Below, one piece after another: positions 54,696 through 55,735 of a DNA stretch of 55,735 nucleotides. The DNA comes from a virus. Lineage: Duplodnaviria > Caudoviricetes. The notes below the pieces were generated by a model that was not told the origin of the DNA, made no database searches, and saw only the letters and a program-made list of their open reading frames with translations. The stretch is taken from positions 1 to 55,735 of the IMG/VR virus record IMGVR_UViG_3300045837_000211, one strand, 5' to 3'. Numbering within the stretch: the first letter of the stretch is position 1; every line of letters starts with the position of its first letter. Both the position numbers and the translations under genes were made by a program.

Positions 54696-55661
54696 TCAGT
54701 AGTCGCCGCGCCTCGAAGCGAGCGCCGCGGCCCTCATCTCCCCCCATTGGTCGGCGGACATGCCGCCGGAGAATTGTTTATCCAACTCCTCGATTGAACG
54801 GCCCTCGTCGAGGTAGGCGATGAGCATCTTCAAGAACTCAGCCTTGAACTCTTCCGTGAGCGGCTCATCCTTCCCGGACGTCTCGCCGCTCAACTCGGCT
54901 AACACTCGCGCCACCTTGTGATCGAACTCTCCCGTCCTCTTCAGCCAGCTCGCCAGGCCGGAGACGCTCTCGACATGCTCGCCGCGGCGTTTAATCTCTT
55001 CGCAATAGGTCTCGTATTCCTGGATTGAAAATTTGCCCACACCCACACTTTCCGCCGCGCCTTTTTCGTGTGTGTGTGTGCCGGGCGTTTTTTGCCCGGC
55101 ATTGCTACTTAGTGATTCCTGACTAGGTGATTCCTCACTAAGTAATTCATAAGCATCCGGCTTGGCCGTATCTGGTTTGACCGTATATGGCTCAACCGTA
55201 TCTGGTTTGGCCGTATCCGGTTCAGCCATATACGGCCAAGCCGTAAGTGGTAAAGAGGGCTTATCCCCCTCTCTTTTCTTAGGTCTGCCGCCGTGAAGTT
55301 GCCGTAATTCCTCATCAGTCAGTGGAGACCCCTGGGGCGTTTCGTAAACTGTTGAAAGCCAAAGAATTTTCCCTTTGTGTCCGTTCATGCGCTTGCGAAT
55401 GAGGTATCGATACTTCTCCAATTCGCGGAGGAGTGAGTAAACGGCATCACGCCCGGCGGGCGATTGTTTGATTAAGTGCTTTACTTTCAACTCCCAATGG
55501 TTGGGGAAGCTGAGGATGAAGTGGTGGAGTCCGCGCGCGCCGAACGAGAGGCGTTTGTCACGCACCGTCCGGTTCTCGATTGTCAAAAATCTCTCGCGTT
55601 TTTCGACGCGAATGATGCCTCCGCCGTCGAGGTCGAGGGATTGTTGCCTTGGGTCGCACAC
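54696..55661 (-). CDS. Phage replication initiator (lambda O-like organisation)
   Basis: FLTIEN..VRDKRLSFGARGL...ILS.P..W, L.ELE...YL wHTH; central intragenic repeats; GAGGGG SD. Confidence 0.85.
   Translation of the reverse strand: MCDPRQQSLDLDGGGIIRVEKRERFLTIENRTVRDKRLSFGARGLHHFILSFPNHWELKVKHLIKQSPAGRDAVYSLLRELEKYRYLIRKRMNGHKGKILWLSTVYETPQGSPLTDEELRQLHGGRPKKREGDKPSLPLTAWPYMAEPDTAKPDTVEPYTVKPDTAKPDAYELLSEESPSQESLSSNAGQKTPGTHTHEKGAAESVGVGKFSIQEYETYCEEIKRRGEHVESVSGLASWLKRTGEFDHKVARVLAELSGETSGKDEPLTEEFKAEFLKMLIAYLDEGRSIEELDKQFSGGMSADQWGEMRAAALASRRGDY
55109..55244. repeat. Iteron-like 15-bp tandem repeats plus adjacent AT-rich repeats (putative lytic origin)
   Basis: Six units such as ATCTGGTTTGGCCGT at 55155-55244; three T(G/A)ATTC-containing 15-bp units at 55109-55153. 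Confidence 0.85.
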
Positions 55662-55735
55662 GCCCTTACGATTTCCCCTCAGTGGTGTCGGGCTAAAGCT
55701 TAAGGATGAATGCCGTTACGGTCGAGGGGATTGGC

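Larger units (their letters stand above)
1..55735. mobile_element. Temperate contractile-tailed phage / putative phage-plasmid, apparently complete genome
   Basis: Full set of head, contractile tail, lysis, cI/cro, Rep, ParA and recombinase genes; no host housekeeping genes at either end; the minus-strand early operon continues across the window ends. Confidence 0.9.

Overview
The window appears to be an essentially complete, probably circular ~55.7 kb temperate phage genome. It is GC-rich and has a contractile (myovirus-type) tail. It looks like a phage-plasmid: it carries ParA, a ParA-linked replication initiator, a DnaC/IstB-like loader and a Cre/Xer-like recombinase, but no recognisable ParB or integration site. 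Layout on the + strand: cro/cI switch (0.6-1.5 kb); a small secreted peptide gene divergent from a TPR protein gene, plus lower-GC accessory genes (1.5-4.5 kb); RecU and a wHTH regulator; lysis genes (GH19 endolysin, spanin- and holin-like); fibre/decoration genes; terminase, portal, protease and capsid; sheath, tube, chaperone, tape measure, baseplate and fibre (to 38 kb); then a 1.2 kb palindrome-rich non-coding region. The right third is mostly minus-strand replication/early genes (two Rep-like proteins with intragenic repeats, ParA, HerA-like ATPase, tyrosine recombinase, AlkB). The most notable candidate system is a signal-peptide-bearing propeptide with a tandem GDSQTVP repeat, paired with a TPR receptor-like protein fused to a LexA/S24-like domain, directly beside the lysis-lysogeny switch. 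It resembles RRNPP/arbitrium peptide signalling but sits in a phage whose lysis cassette suggests a diderm host (possibly Acidobacteriota; inference only). All calls come from reading motifs by eye; no database searches were run.
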